64,000 nt of DNA from Raillietiella orientalis (taxonomy: Eukaryota): assembly GCA_036172245.1 (NCBI GenBank), contig JAYWIR010000031.1:1860001-1924000 (forward strand), read 5' to 3'. Under the pieces are notes generated by a model. The model was not told the origin of the DNA and made no database searches. It saw nothing but the letters and a program-made list of their open reading frames with translations. Both the position numbers and the translations under genes were made by a program. This document shows, piece after piece, positions 51,750 to 63,349 of this stretch (positions within the stretch are counted from its first letter, which is position 1; each line of letters opens with the position of its first letter).

Positions 51750-53900
51750 GTTCAAACCTGGCGGCGGCCACACGTGGACTTTTGCCTCCCTGGGGGAAGT
51801 TGCCGTCCGAGCTGCTGATGTCTTCTGGCCTGACCTCCTTGAACCGAAAGTCCTTCTGATAGCGCATTAGCTGGCACGGTGGTGCGCCGGAGATCCCGTG
51901 TCCGTGCCGAACGGACGCCTCTTAGGGTTCGATTTTTGGCAACGTGGGCGCTGCTCTGTGCAGTTGCTGCGCAGCGCCCTCGGTCGCTGATCTCGTACGC
52001 TTGATGGCAGCTTCAGGTTCACAATCTCTGGAGGCACATGCAGGAGTGCTCCAAAACTCGGGATCCTGGATTGCCATCGATGCCGCGGGATCAGAATCAC
52101 TGACCGGAAGCCCTCGGGTCGTCTGGACGCTTCGACGAACCGATCATTCGACTTGAACTCCGATACAGGTGTGGGAGAGCCGTCTGCAGGATGCTCATTG
52201 GCTCGGATCAACCGCAACCTTTGAGACCACAGAAACGGCGTACGGCCGATCTGTTGAGTGTTAGGTGTCCCCATGATTAGGTCCAGAATGGTCAGGATGC
52301 TGGATATAATCAGGTAGTTCCGAAGGCTTCTTTGGTAGTTCTGGAGAACGGCTGAAGAGCGCGGATGCTTAGGCGGGATCCCATTCCAGAAACGCGGGAG
52401 TTCGTCGTCCCTAGGGATCGCTTGGAGTGGAGCGGTCGAACTGATGAAGTGCCTACTGAAGACGCGGATGAGATGCCTTCGCTGCTACACACGGAAGCAT
52501 CCAAGAGATACGCAAAGAGAACTGGAAGGGGAGCAACCAAAAAGGGTGGATGTCAACGATCTAGCCTGGACAAGAAACACCCCAAAACGGACGGAAGGCG
52601 AACAAGGATGATACGAGGGAGCCCTCCTCACAGTCTGCGGAGAGTGAAATGTGTCTTCGCTCTTTCCTAGGGAATGGTGGGGTTAGCCAGGAAAGAGTTG
52701 ATAAGGGCAGGAGACCCCACTATAGGCATCCCGGACGGTGTCGCAGCAAGGGATGGTTTCGAGGCCCCTCCGTGACCGCTTGCAGCGGAGTTTCAGCCCC
52801 GTTGCTGGAGGTGAACCAGCGGCAAATTCCGTTACGATTCGAGGCGCGCTCCGAAATGGTGGCTTCCCTTTAGACCGTTCGACTTCAGACCCTTTGGAGT
52901 CTTAGAGCGTCGTTCCAAGAGGACCTAGTCCGCATGCGCGTGGCCTGCCGCTGCAGCCCCGAGATGACCGATCCAGGAAAGCTGTGCCAAGGTCTCACGA
53001 TGGTGATGAAAGTACGAAAAGGTCAGGAGAAAGAGCTGGGGAAGGGGCGAGAAGGAAATAGCACTTGCTTGCTCCTGCTTAGTCACATCAGATGTACCGG
53101 CACCGCAGTCTCAGTGACCTTGAAGCCTGAACCTTTAGACACTGGAACGGTCTTCAGCAGAAGCACCTTGAGGATTCAGCACCAGGCTTGATGGTAGCAC
53201 ACACATTCGTACTGGAGATTGGTATATCCCGAAAGAGAGCAGCAGTAGCGATGCAGCATGCGATGCCGCCGTCCCGATTTCCTAGCAGCTGCAATCCCTC
53301 CCTCAGTTTGCACTGGTTTCCCTGTTGACTTAACTTGCCTTTTGACGGCCCCCTTCGCCCTGAAAATATCGATGAGATCCTGCTGGTGCTCCTTCTTTCC
53401 TTCGGTCTCCCTGCGATCCCAGCTGAACTCCGGATCTTGGATGCGTCACGCGGAAACTGCGGAGGCGATGCGAACGAGTTCTCAGGACCAGAAGCCGTCC
53501 GAGAGCGTCCCCCAACAGTCACCATCCGGCGGCAGCGAGAGGACTCCAGGCTTGAGCTGTTCCCACGCGTTTGTCCGCCGCCTCCTGGGCAATTCCTTCG
53601 CGCTGCTCAAAGACGCGAGGTGGACCCACATGGCTTCCGCTGGAGAGCGATGCGAGTGGCCGCAAGGACGCCGAACCCACTGCGCCTCCGGGAGGTGCAT
53701 CCGCGGGGCCACGTTCCTCTGCGGGCGGGCGTCCCAGTTCGCACATACTTTCCTGCAGGGTAGCCTTCCGGTTTGCGCGCCAGCCTGGGAGCCCAGCGTG
53801 ACCGCAGCCACCTTCCTTCTCCCGACCCAGGAGGATGCCTTCCGCAAGCCGTTGCTCTTGATGTAACCCGGGTGGGCGAAGCTCCTTCTCTACGTATTGC
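51750..53900 (-). mobile_element. Degenerate LINE 5' part: OTU-like protease followed by probable AP endonuclease remnants
   Basis: OTU-like motifs at 53090-53560; weak endonuclease remnants GVFLVQ (about 52575), QIGRTPFLWSQRL (about 52240) and PVSDSDP (about 52095). Confidence 0.5.
53090..53560 (-). pseudogene. OTU-like cysteine protease domain, disrupted
   Basis: VLSLPPDGDCWGTLSDGFWS*ELVRIASAVSA*RIQDPEF, then after a frameshift EGLQLLGNRDGGIACCIATAALFRDIPI, then CAT-CT-GAT-GTG (H-x-D-V). This fits the OTU order DGxC, LR..A....DP.F, WGG...A.A.LF, HYD. Confidence 0.62.
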
Positions 53901-53999
53901 AGACCCCCGTGGGACCACTCTTCCCGTGGCTCCGAGCTCCTCCTCCTTCTTCAGCCGCGCAGGATCGGGCAGGAGGAGGAAGGAAAATGCATCCCTCCT

Positions 54000-56900
54000 C
54001 CTCCCCTTCCCGGTGTCACCAGCTGCACTGCCGTCTCTGCCTTAGGCACTCCAGTCTTCTTCCCTCTCTGTTCCTTCCTTCCCGAGTCCTCTGCATCTCT
54101 CTGGAGCCGCAGGTCTCTGGGATGGAAGCCGCCTGGGAGGTGGAAGTGTCCCCGTGGCAAAGAGGAGACTCGTTGCGACGGGATGGGAGCGCCTTCCTCC
54201 GTATCCGGAAGCGCTGACGGGGGGAGGGGGACGCTGCAGTTGACGGGACACGGCGGTGGCGCCCGGGTGCGCAGGCGAACAACCGCCACGTCCGCCCTCC
54301 AGCGTCCCCTGGATGACTCCGCGGCATCCTTCCGAATCCGAAAAGATCGCAGGCAGATGGAACGTTCCCTGAGGCAGGTGATCCTGGAACCTTGAGAGGA
54401 GCTGACTGCTAGTTTGCCCGATTCCCCGCATCCCGCCCAGGCAGGTCCGGCGGGACCTCACCATCCGTGCGGGAGCTCGGAGACGCTCAGCGTGCTGCCT
54501 GCAACACGCCGGAACACGAAAAGCGCAGCCGCGTGCACCCGGGCCGCCCCCTCGTCGGTTCCGGCAGCGACGAGGCCCGCAGGGATCCCGTTTTTCCAGG
54601 GATCCGGGACCTCGCGGAGCGCTTGAAGGTGGCCTACTGGGTCTGTTTCCATGCACCCCTTCTTGTCGTTTCCGCAGTCCGTGGGGGAGGTCCGTCCGAA
54701 GCAGCTGGGGCCGCCTCTCGGCTCCAGGGACGGCAGCAGCCTGGACATGCGGCCACCGCTTGGTGAGTGCCTTCCTTTTTCCACTCTGAACTCCGGGAGC
54801 ACCTTCGCAACCAATCCCTACGGGCATCGTGATGAGTTTCTTCAGAGGGAGCGCGGAAATCGGAGACTCGGGAATGAACTCTGGAAATGGACCAGGAGGG
54901 AAGGGCAGTGACCTATACCGGAAGAAGATGGCGCGGCAGGCATCGAACGCGGCAGAAAGAACCGAAAAAGGGGGGAGGGAGGGGGGAAAGGAGCGGAAAC
55001 GAGCAGCGCAAGGGAGGACGCCGCATCGAGGCGGACACGGAAGTGCGGAGAGAGATCTCCATGGCGACCCAGGATGGGGAAGCGGGGAGCAAGAAAAGAG
55101 CCCTGCTCAGCTCGGGGGAGCTCCGCCGGTTGCGAAAGCCGTGTCGGGGAACCGTCTGGAGGAAGCGTCCCTCCTCCCCTCCTCCCTTCCCGCGGAGAAG
55201 GGCACGCTGTAAGGTGGGAAGGCAGAGTCAGTTTTGCCCTTCACCTCGGGTGTTCAATTCGAGCCCTACATTGCCCCACAGAGCTCACGGATTTATCTGC
55301 GCCTCCTTGGATGCTGGGCAGAGCTGCAGGAGTTCCGCTTTCACCGTCCGGAGGAATCGCAGTGACAGTCCGGAGGTTGGAAACTGGGGAATGCCCTGGG
55401 TCTGGAGTGCCAACCGGCCCGGCATCTGGGCGCGGGGCGCCAGGCCGTCGCTGTTCGTAGACGGGGAATTTGTAGCCTCCCACGCCGGAGGCGCCTTCTC
55501 GCCTGGAATGCCGGTGGTCCTCTGGCGGGAGGCCACCTTCCATGGTACGTGCCCGCCCTTTCACAAGCAAAGAAACACTTGCCCAATGCAGACCTTCGCT
55601 GACCCTTAAAATCGAGAGTCGGACAGGTACACTGTTGTCCTCGGCGCACAAGGAAGGCAGCCTTGAGCGACAGCCTTGAGCGAGTCCTGGAAGGCAGCAG
55701 GTGCGGTCAGTCTGGAGCCTGCTCTACCCTCAGCATCGATTCCACGAACATGGCGCCCAGCTGACTCGATGGGGGAGGAGGGTCGGCCGACGCTCCTCCG
55801 GCACCGACGCCTGCCCCCCCCGAAAGCCCCTCCCTGCGCACCCCCATCGGCGCACTCCGCTACGAGGAAGGCCATCACTCGAGACGCGCGATGTCTTCTC
55901 CCCGTCCCCTGCGTCCCTGGTAGGAACCCCAGAGGCGGCCGAACGAACGTCCGTCGTCCCTCCAAGTCGCCCCAAAACCGGCCGAGGACCTCCTGAACTG
56001 GGAGGAGGAGGCTGCGAGGCCGGCAGGGCGCCCTGCAACTGACCTGCCCTCGGCTGGCACGAGGACCGCCCCCGGCGGTCGCCGCCGCTCGCGGGCCCGT
56101 CGGCCCGAGAGCTGTCCGCGGCGCAGTCGGCCTCTCGCTCTCCCCTCCCATATCCGCGCAATCAAGACCCGCGGCTCCTTCTCCCTGCCCTCCCCCTCCC
56201 TTCCCCGTTTCGGGTTGCGCCGCCGGCCGGCGCACGCTGCCGACAGACGCCGCTTTATCTGATGTCCCCTTGCAAATTGGCGCGGCTCCTCGCCGCTTAT
56301 CAGATGGCGCTAGGCAACCCCTCGGCTCCGGACCCAATTTCCTCATTAGCCGCGGATGTGGGGAGTCTGTCCCCCTCCTCCTCCCCCCGCTTCCCCTCCG
56401 CGCACCCGGGACCCCGCCTGCCGCCGCCGTACGAGACGCTCGTTGCCGCAGCTCGCTGCTGTCCCCTCCCGGATGACCACCTGTTACGGGAGGCTCCTCC
56501 TTCTCGCCTCCCCCCTTCCCGCGATCGCGCTGCTGAAGCCAGCGACGCCACAGGCCGCTCCTCGGCGAGTGAGGACGAAGAAGAGAGGAAGCGGAAGAGG
56601 AGGAAGAGGGGAGAGTGGAAGATGCCGCCTCCGGAGGCCGTCGTGAAATTGCTTGGGGAGATTGGCCTTCAGCGATTGGCCTCCCTTCCCCTTCCCCCTC
56701 CCTTCCTCTTTCTTCTCCCGCGGCCACTGAAGTGCCTTCCTGCCTCACCCTTTGCCCATGCGCGCTCACGCCCGAAGCGAATTCCCCGGAAGAAGGGAGA
56801 TTCGGATGGGGTGCGAAGTGAGGGCCCTGGATGCTGCTCGGGCGCGAAGCGCAAGCACGCAACATCCGACGTCTCTCCGAAGGCGGGAGGGTCGGGAGGC

Positions 56901-57700
56901 GGAGGTCAAGCCGGAGACGGGAGCTTAAGGAAAACTTCGGGAACCTCCAGGAGGCGAATTTTCCCTCCCTCGCCCCCTCCCCAGGGAAAGAGCCTCCAGC
57001 TTTCCCATGACAGCGTCCTCCCCGCTTCGGAGCCGTGGAGCAGAGGGAGGTCTGTACCTCTCTCGCGGGGCGATGTCCTGAGGTACGCAACCCAGGACAA
57101 GGGAAAAGAGAACGGAGGGAAACCCGGAAGCCGACCAGGCTGCCGTGAGCGGACCGGGATCCTGGAAGGGAGGACTGAGCGGGCGTCCGAAACTCCCCGG
57201 GACCCGGCGAGTCGACGGCGGACGGAGCGAGTGCCTCCTCGACGCGAAGCGTCGGGAGGAGGGCAGCGGCCACGGGGAGACGCTGGCTGCGGGATTCCCC
57301 ATCGCGGCGGGCGGCAGAATCCCACAGGATCGTCCCTGAGGGATCCCACGGGAAGGACGGGAGCGTCCCCGCCGCAGCCGCCCCCAAAATCATGCGGCGG
57401 GATGGAGCCCCGGACTGCGAGGAGGTGCCACTTTCAGTAACCTCCTCTTCGGCCTTCCTCCCCAGCCCCGTATGGGGCGGATCCGGGCGTCGGTCGGTCC
57501 CTTCGGGCAGGCGGTGTCGGAAGAGGCGCCCACTCTGGGAGGCGCTCGGTCCCCGAGGGCGTTCGAAAGACGCCGCCCCCTGCGCTGCCATGAGGCAGGC
57601 ACCCACGGAAGACGGCGGCGCCCTTCGGAGCGCGCGCGTGGGCGCCTCCATCGCGGAGCAGCCGGCTGCTCCGCGCTAACCACCGCCCTCGGAGGTCATC
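54000..57700 (-). mobile_element. Degenerate GC-rich LINE ORF2 with RNase H domain
   Basis: RNase H motifs ECADGGAQGGAFGGG (about 55850), SLKAVAQG...TVYLSDS (about 55620-55685) and WKV...TTGIPGEKA (about 55500-55545). RT-start-like VEEAL...SPGPGEF lies near 57200-57240, and SPLCHGD (zinc-finger-like) near 54155. Confidence 0.55.
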
Positions 57701-58979
57701 CTCGGGGTCGCCGACTGAACACCCGCGAACGAGGGCGCCCTAGACGGCGTGCCGTCCGCCAAGAGGGCATTTCATCCCGCCAATATTTAAAGGGGGGACT
57801 CCCAGGACGGGCGCCTCCCATAACGACTTCGGCAGAGGGTACAGAGGCGGGAGAGAGGGGGAGAGCAAGTCAGGGGGGATGCGCCCATCTCCCTGGAGAC
57901 GCGGCTTCCAGCTCTCCCCCTAGGCGGCTGCCGCCCATCACGGGGGAGGAACCGCGAGTGCGAGTGTGCGTGCGGCACGCGATGGCCGCCTTCGATTCCT
58001 TCCTCCCCTCCCCTCCTCCCCCTGCCCCGCGGTTGTTGCCGCGGAAACGCGCGGGGAGAGACGCAGCCTCCGTTCTCCCGCTCGCCCCCGCGAGCCACCG
58101 CTGCCGCCTCTCCCGGGGGAATTGCGTGCTCCGCGCCCCGCAGGCCAGGAAGGGGAGGCCGTCGCCAGACTTCCCAGGAGGGATCGCAAAGGAGGAGGGA
58201 GCGAGGGGAGAGGAGGGAGGAGGGGGATCGCCTGACTCGCCTGCTACCTGCGGCGGGAGAGAGCGGAAGGCTCCAGAGAGGAAGTGGCCGGGAGCGAGAC
58301 GGGAGGGACTCCTGGAGATGGAGCCCGCCGCCCTGGCAACGAGAGAGGCGCCGCCCTGGTTCCTCCTCTCCTCCTCCCACGGCCATCCAGAGGCCGCGAC
58401 CCCCGCGAAGGGCCGCCATGCACCCGTGGGATCTCTTTGCCGAAAGTCACCTGCAGGGCTCACCCGTCCCATCCGGCACCGCTGTGACCTCTGGGCCTTC
58501 CTACGGTGCCAGTGGGGGTCCCACCCAACTCCTGCCCCCCTCCAGCCAAGGTTCAGGAGGTTCCCTTCTCCCCCCCATTCCGGTGCCCCACCTTCCGACC
58601 CTTTTGCGGGAGAGCCGGGAGCGACTGCTGTCCACGCGACCCTTCGCCACCCGCGGGAGGTCGGAGTTTCCAGTGCGGATGGGAGGCGAAGGCACCGTCT
58701 GACCTGGACCCGACTGGTTCGGGAAGGCACGACCGCGTCGCCGTGGTCTCAGGGGTTGCCGCTGACCTTTCGCGCCTCACCCTCACCCTCCTCCTTTCTA
58801 CGCCTCTTGTCCCTATACTTATGCCTCTCCCCTCCATCACCACCATCCCAACCTCCCCATCTTGTCGTCCTTTCTGTCCCTTCCTTCTCCTCCTTCTCAT
58901 CATCATCATCCCTCCCGTCCTCCCCTCCCCCCCTTTCTATCCCGGAATCTCTCCTCAACCCTCCCCGGGAGACCCTGCT

Positions 58980-60900
58980 GGAAAGGGGAAGAGGAGGGGC
59001 AAGCAACTGGGAATGTAATCCCTTCCATAAGATCAAGGCTGCCACTCCGGATGCTGTTCGCAGCAGCGCCCCCAAGATGTGTCTCGATGAACCTTGGAAT
59101 AAGGGGGGGGACTTCCTCCCTCCAGACTAAGCGCCCTCTTGGGTGTGGAAAGCGGGGGAGATAGACGAAAGCCACAGCAATGGGGCCGGAGTGACAGGTC
59201 GCGCCACGCTCCCTGGAGGGCGGGGAGGAACGGAGAGGGAAGACGAGATGTTGGGACAGTGCTCCGTGATCGTCCACTCTGACCTTCCCGGGGATGGAAC
59301 CGAGGGAGAGGCAGCGGTCCAGGGCGGCGGGCAGATGGACGGTGGAGTCCTCAGGGGAGCATTCGTGGGGGTTCCGGGAAACCGGAAAGAGGTCAGAGGA
59401 ACTCCGGGACACACCGTGGCAGAAATCTCAGGATGGGTGTCTCTCTTCCGCAACCTCCGATCGCACGAAGCAGGTTGTACAGGAGAGGCTCCGGACACTG
59501 GGGAGGAAAGGATGGGACGCATCCCCCGCTGCCGCGCAACGGCTGATGAACCACGTGAGTCAGTGAGGTAGGCACACCAGGCCGTTCGTCACGTCGGGCA
59601 GGTTTCCATGGATTTTCGTGATGGGAAAAATCCTTCAAGGCGGTGGGGGAGGATTCCCTCATTCCGTCCTGACCCCGCTCATTAACGTCCCTTTCCCCTT
59701 TCACCCATGTGGATAGCTGCTTCTCCCTACTGCAGGACCGCGAGGTCCCCCCATTCGTTCAAGCCCCGGGGTGACAGGAGGCGGGTCTGGAGTAGCTCCT
59801 TCTAGAGCGAACAACCTGCGCGCGCAACTTCAAAGTCCTGGACCGGCGCACGCCCTGCCCTTCAGAGGCAGTCAGAGCCCTGCGTCTCCGCCGCCGGCAT
59901 GCCGCCTGACCCTAGCCGGCCGGTGCTGACCCTCGTGACCGGCTCTCCTCGGAGCGCCTCCACGCCTGCAGCCGCAGATCCGCGTGGGGGCAGAGTCAAG
60001 GACACGCGGGGACCGCTTGAAAAATGGACTCGTCCGAACGCATCCGCAGCGTTGTCCCCTCGAGCTCGTTCTTCCTAGAGGTTGAGGTGGGCGACCCTGC
60101 CATCTCGCGCGCATCCGTGCCATTCGATCCTGAAAAGAGTTGCTCGTGGCCACGGAGCGGTGCCGCCGACGAAGCTGCTGCTGCGCCACTCAGTTCCCCG
60201 CCTGAATGCCTCCGGAAATCCAGCATCCCTTCGGGGGGAGGTGGGGGGCGCTTCGCTCGGGATTCTTCCCACAGGATCCGTCCCGTCCGCGCTTCGGCGG
60301 GGGAGGCAGGGAAGCTCGGCGCACGCCGACCCGCGAACATCCTGGAGCTCCCGCGCGCATTCCCTCTGCTGTGAGGAACTCCCTTCGCTTCCTGTGCGCC
60401 GCCAAGTACTCCGGGAGAGGCTTGGGAAGCGCAGTTTCTGCACCGCGCGCCGTTTGTTGGGAAATGGAGCTCTTGGGCGAGAAGACCCTGCCCGCCCCCG
60501 AGCTTGGCCGCGCTCAGAATGCCCAACGGGGACGCTTGCCTACCGCCACCCGCGCAACCGAGCTTTCCGGCTCGCGCGGACTTTTTCTGAAGGGCGGAAG
60601 GGGGAGGTCCTCTGGCCGGAGACAGCCATCCACTGGGTGGGAACGGAAGGCAGGCACGTGGTTTTTTTTAGGAAGGGGGGGTAAGGGGGAGGGCGAGGTG
60701 TCTGTCCACGAACCCCCCTGCCAGCGAGAGGCCAGTGCACAGATGATCGCACGGACCGCATGGGGGTGAGTGTTCTGCTCTCGGGCGCAGAGACGCGCGC
60801 TCGTGCCCCTGCGTGCTCGAACGCGCGTTCGAGGGCGGCAGCGTCAGCCCATCCTCGTGCCGTTAAGCACCAACGAAGATCCTAATAGTGATGTGGTGCT
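58980..60900 (+). mobile_element. Degenerate LINE AP endonuclease and start of RT
   Basis: ASNWECN...PKMCLDEPW (WN.N...ICLQEPW-like, about 59000-59097), SNGAGV, and EGRHVVFFRKGG (EA.VV.IPK.GK-like, about 60645-60680). Confidence 0.55.
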
Positions 60901-62394
60901 CACTCCTTCTCTGCAGAAGAAGAAAGGAAGGAAGGGGGGAGCGGAATTCCTGACATTTCTTCCCCTTTCTCAATCGCCAAGACGAGTCTCGTCGCGCGGC
61001 AACTTCTGCTCAAAGTTCTCTTTCCAGGGTTCCCAACTTCATCTGTTTCGGTTACGAGGGTGGTATTCCCTCCCCCCTTCCCCATCTGGGCTTCCCCCAA
61101 CAAATTAGAGATGCTCAGTGGATGTAGTAGGGAATTTCCTCTTTCCCATGCAGTCAGCAACTTGACGGAGTGGACGCAGACATTTGTGACAACTCATTAC
61201 ATAGAGGATGCTGAGTGAGTAGCAGCACAGGAAGAGAAGAGATTGTTTGAAAGGGGAGGGGGGGGGAGGTGATTACTCTTTCCGGACGAGATTTCTTTCG
61301 TCTTTTGTCTGTCGTTTTTTTTCTTCTTCTTCTTCTTCCCTTTTTTTCTCACCTCCTCCCCTGCACGAAAGAGATGACAGAAGTCGCGAAGAGATTTCCA
61401 GCGTTCGGAACGCCCATCATCAGTCATCTTCGTGAACTGCACGTTCAGGAAAATATCCGGTGGGCAAAAAAAAAACACACGCACAGTTCTGCCAGTCTCT
61501 TTCTTTCTTCTTGTTCCGAGGTCCGGGAGATTCGACCTCTCTTGGTTGGCGTCGTCTTCTCTTCTCGGTTCGCAGACGCTTCCGGAACCAGCTGTGCACC
61601 CACCTACACACGCTGCACTCCGGAACCTCCGCCTCGTGAACCCTCTCTCTTCCTGCGAGCGCGTGCGCTCGCCGCCTGCTTAACGCAGGGGGAGAAGCTG
61701 CCGGTGCCTCGCGAGCAGGAGACGACGACTCCGCAGAAGAACAACCGGGAGACGAGGTGATGGTTCGCTCCGCGCCGCTTAGCGACGATGCGAGGGAGGG
61801 AGCTCGGGTTCCAGAGGAGGGGTGGGGAGTAGACAGGGATCACGAGGCAGGAGCGAGGGACGGCGGCAGTTCCCGTTTGCTGGCTTCGCCGGGTTGCACT
61901 GGCCGTCGTCGCGCGAACATGAGGCGCGAGGTGCGTTCTCCTCTCCCCGCGATTACCTGGCAAAGTCGTGCGCCCCAAAGCACAAAGTCGACCCCCTCTG
62001 CCGACAACTGCTAATCTGTCGGCTGGAGTCTGCTTTCCGCTGGGAACGTGCCAAGCCAGCAATTGGCCCACGGGGATGCTCGAGAAAGCCTCGCGCTGCG
62101 TGCGCTCTTTCTGTGGCGCCAGCGGACGCACGTGGTCACTCGCAAGGGAAGGGAGTCGCTTTTTTTCGCAATCTGGAGATGGTTTTTCAGATTTCCAAAG
62201 CTTCTAACGGACGACTGCTATTTATCTCTTACTAGATGGCCATTTGGGGACTTCTGCAGAGGACTATCCCGCGTGAAGCACGCGGTACGTTCCTCGCCAT
62301 GAGCCATCATCGTCTACCATCATCTCCCGTAGGGCGAAGATGGTGTCTTTCCATTATATACGGCGAAGGGATGATTAGCAGCAGGACAAGATTA

Positions 62395-63320
62395 GCCCGC
62401 GTCGGAGGCTTTGTGGTTAAGGTTTCCGCGCGTGGCACCATGCGTCGCGGGTTCGAATACTTCGGCAGATAACTGACGCCACTGCGTCGTTGGGTTCCGA
62501 GTTTCTCCTGCAATGGCGCTGATTGGCTTAATCATTCGGGCGTGGCACCGGTGGTGCTTTAAGCCGGAGGCCCCTGCTGAAGGCCCGAACAGTCGGAGTC
62601 GACCTTCGAGTCCTTCCAGGAATCAAGGAGTGGGGAGTTCCCCCTCCGGTCGTACAACGGAGAGCGGACCCCCCACATCGGGGGGACCCTTCCGGTTTCA
62701 AGATGGAGCAGGAGCCTTCACAGGCACCTCTCCAGTTGTTCAAAGGAGCGGACCCCCCTGTTGCGGGAGGGACCCTCCGAGTCGTCGCCTCTTCACAGAG
62801 TGCAAGGAAGCAAGCGAGAGCGATTCCCCTGCGGGAATCTACAACGCCTCTTCTGAATTTCGGAAGCATCCCTTCGGGTTCTCTTCAGAGGAGTGAACAG
62901 GAGCGTTTCCCTTGCGGGTTCCCTCCGGAGAAGAAATTCCCACTAGCGGATCCTTTCCGGGTTCCCTCCGGAGAAGATGAAATGGAGAGGACGTTCCAGA
63001 GGGGGCCCTCCGGAGAGAATGAGGAAGGAGATTCCCTTCTGGGGTCCCCTTCGAAGACAACCAGAGTGCGATCCCCCTCCCCAAACGTGAGAGGAACGGA
63101 CTCCGAGTCCTTCCTGGATTCATAGGGTGGAACCCCCCTTCCGGGGTGCCCCTATCTTGAAGAACAACACGCATTCTCCGCGGGTGACGTGGAACCGTGT
63201 TAGAGAGCCACGTGCGCCGCGAGGCACGCGACCGGCTCTTGAGGTACTTAGCGAACCAAAAAGAAAAGAGTAGCAGGAAAGAACTGTAATTGAACTGAAA
63301 GAGGAAACCATCACCTGAAG
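62395..63320 (+). mobile_element. Long structured SINE-like element (copy D), the most complete copy
   Basis: A-box-like GGCTTTGTGGTTAAGG (62407), B-box-like GGTTCGAATAC (62450), repeated hairpin modules, and the tail CTTAGCGAACCAAAAAG; homologous to copies A-C. Confidence 0.82.
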
Positions 63321-63349
63321 AGCAACTGTGCCAAGCATTCTTGGTCTCC

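Noticed and set aside
55606..59130. Long ORFs 55606..57651 (-, 681 aa), 56262..57440 (+) and 57472..59130 (+) as intact genes
   Set aside because: Very high GC suppresses stop codons on both strands. The peptides are Arg/Pro/Gly/Ser-rich, and recognisable motifs occupy only small parts and continue in other frames.
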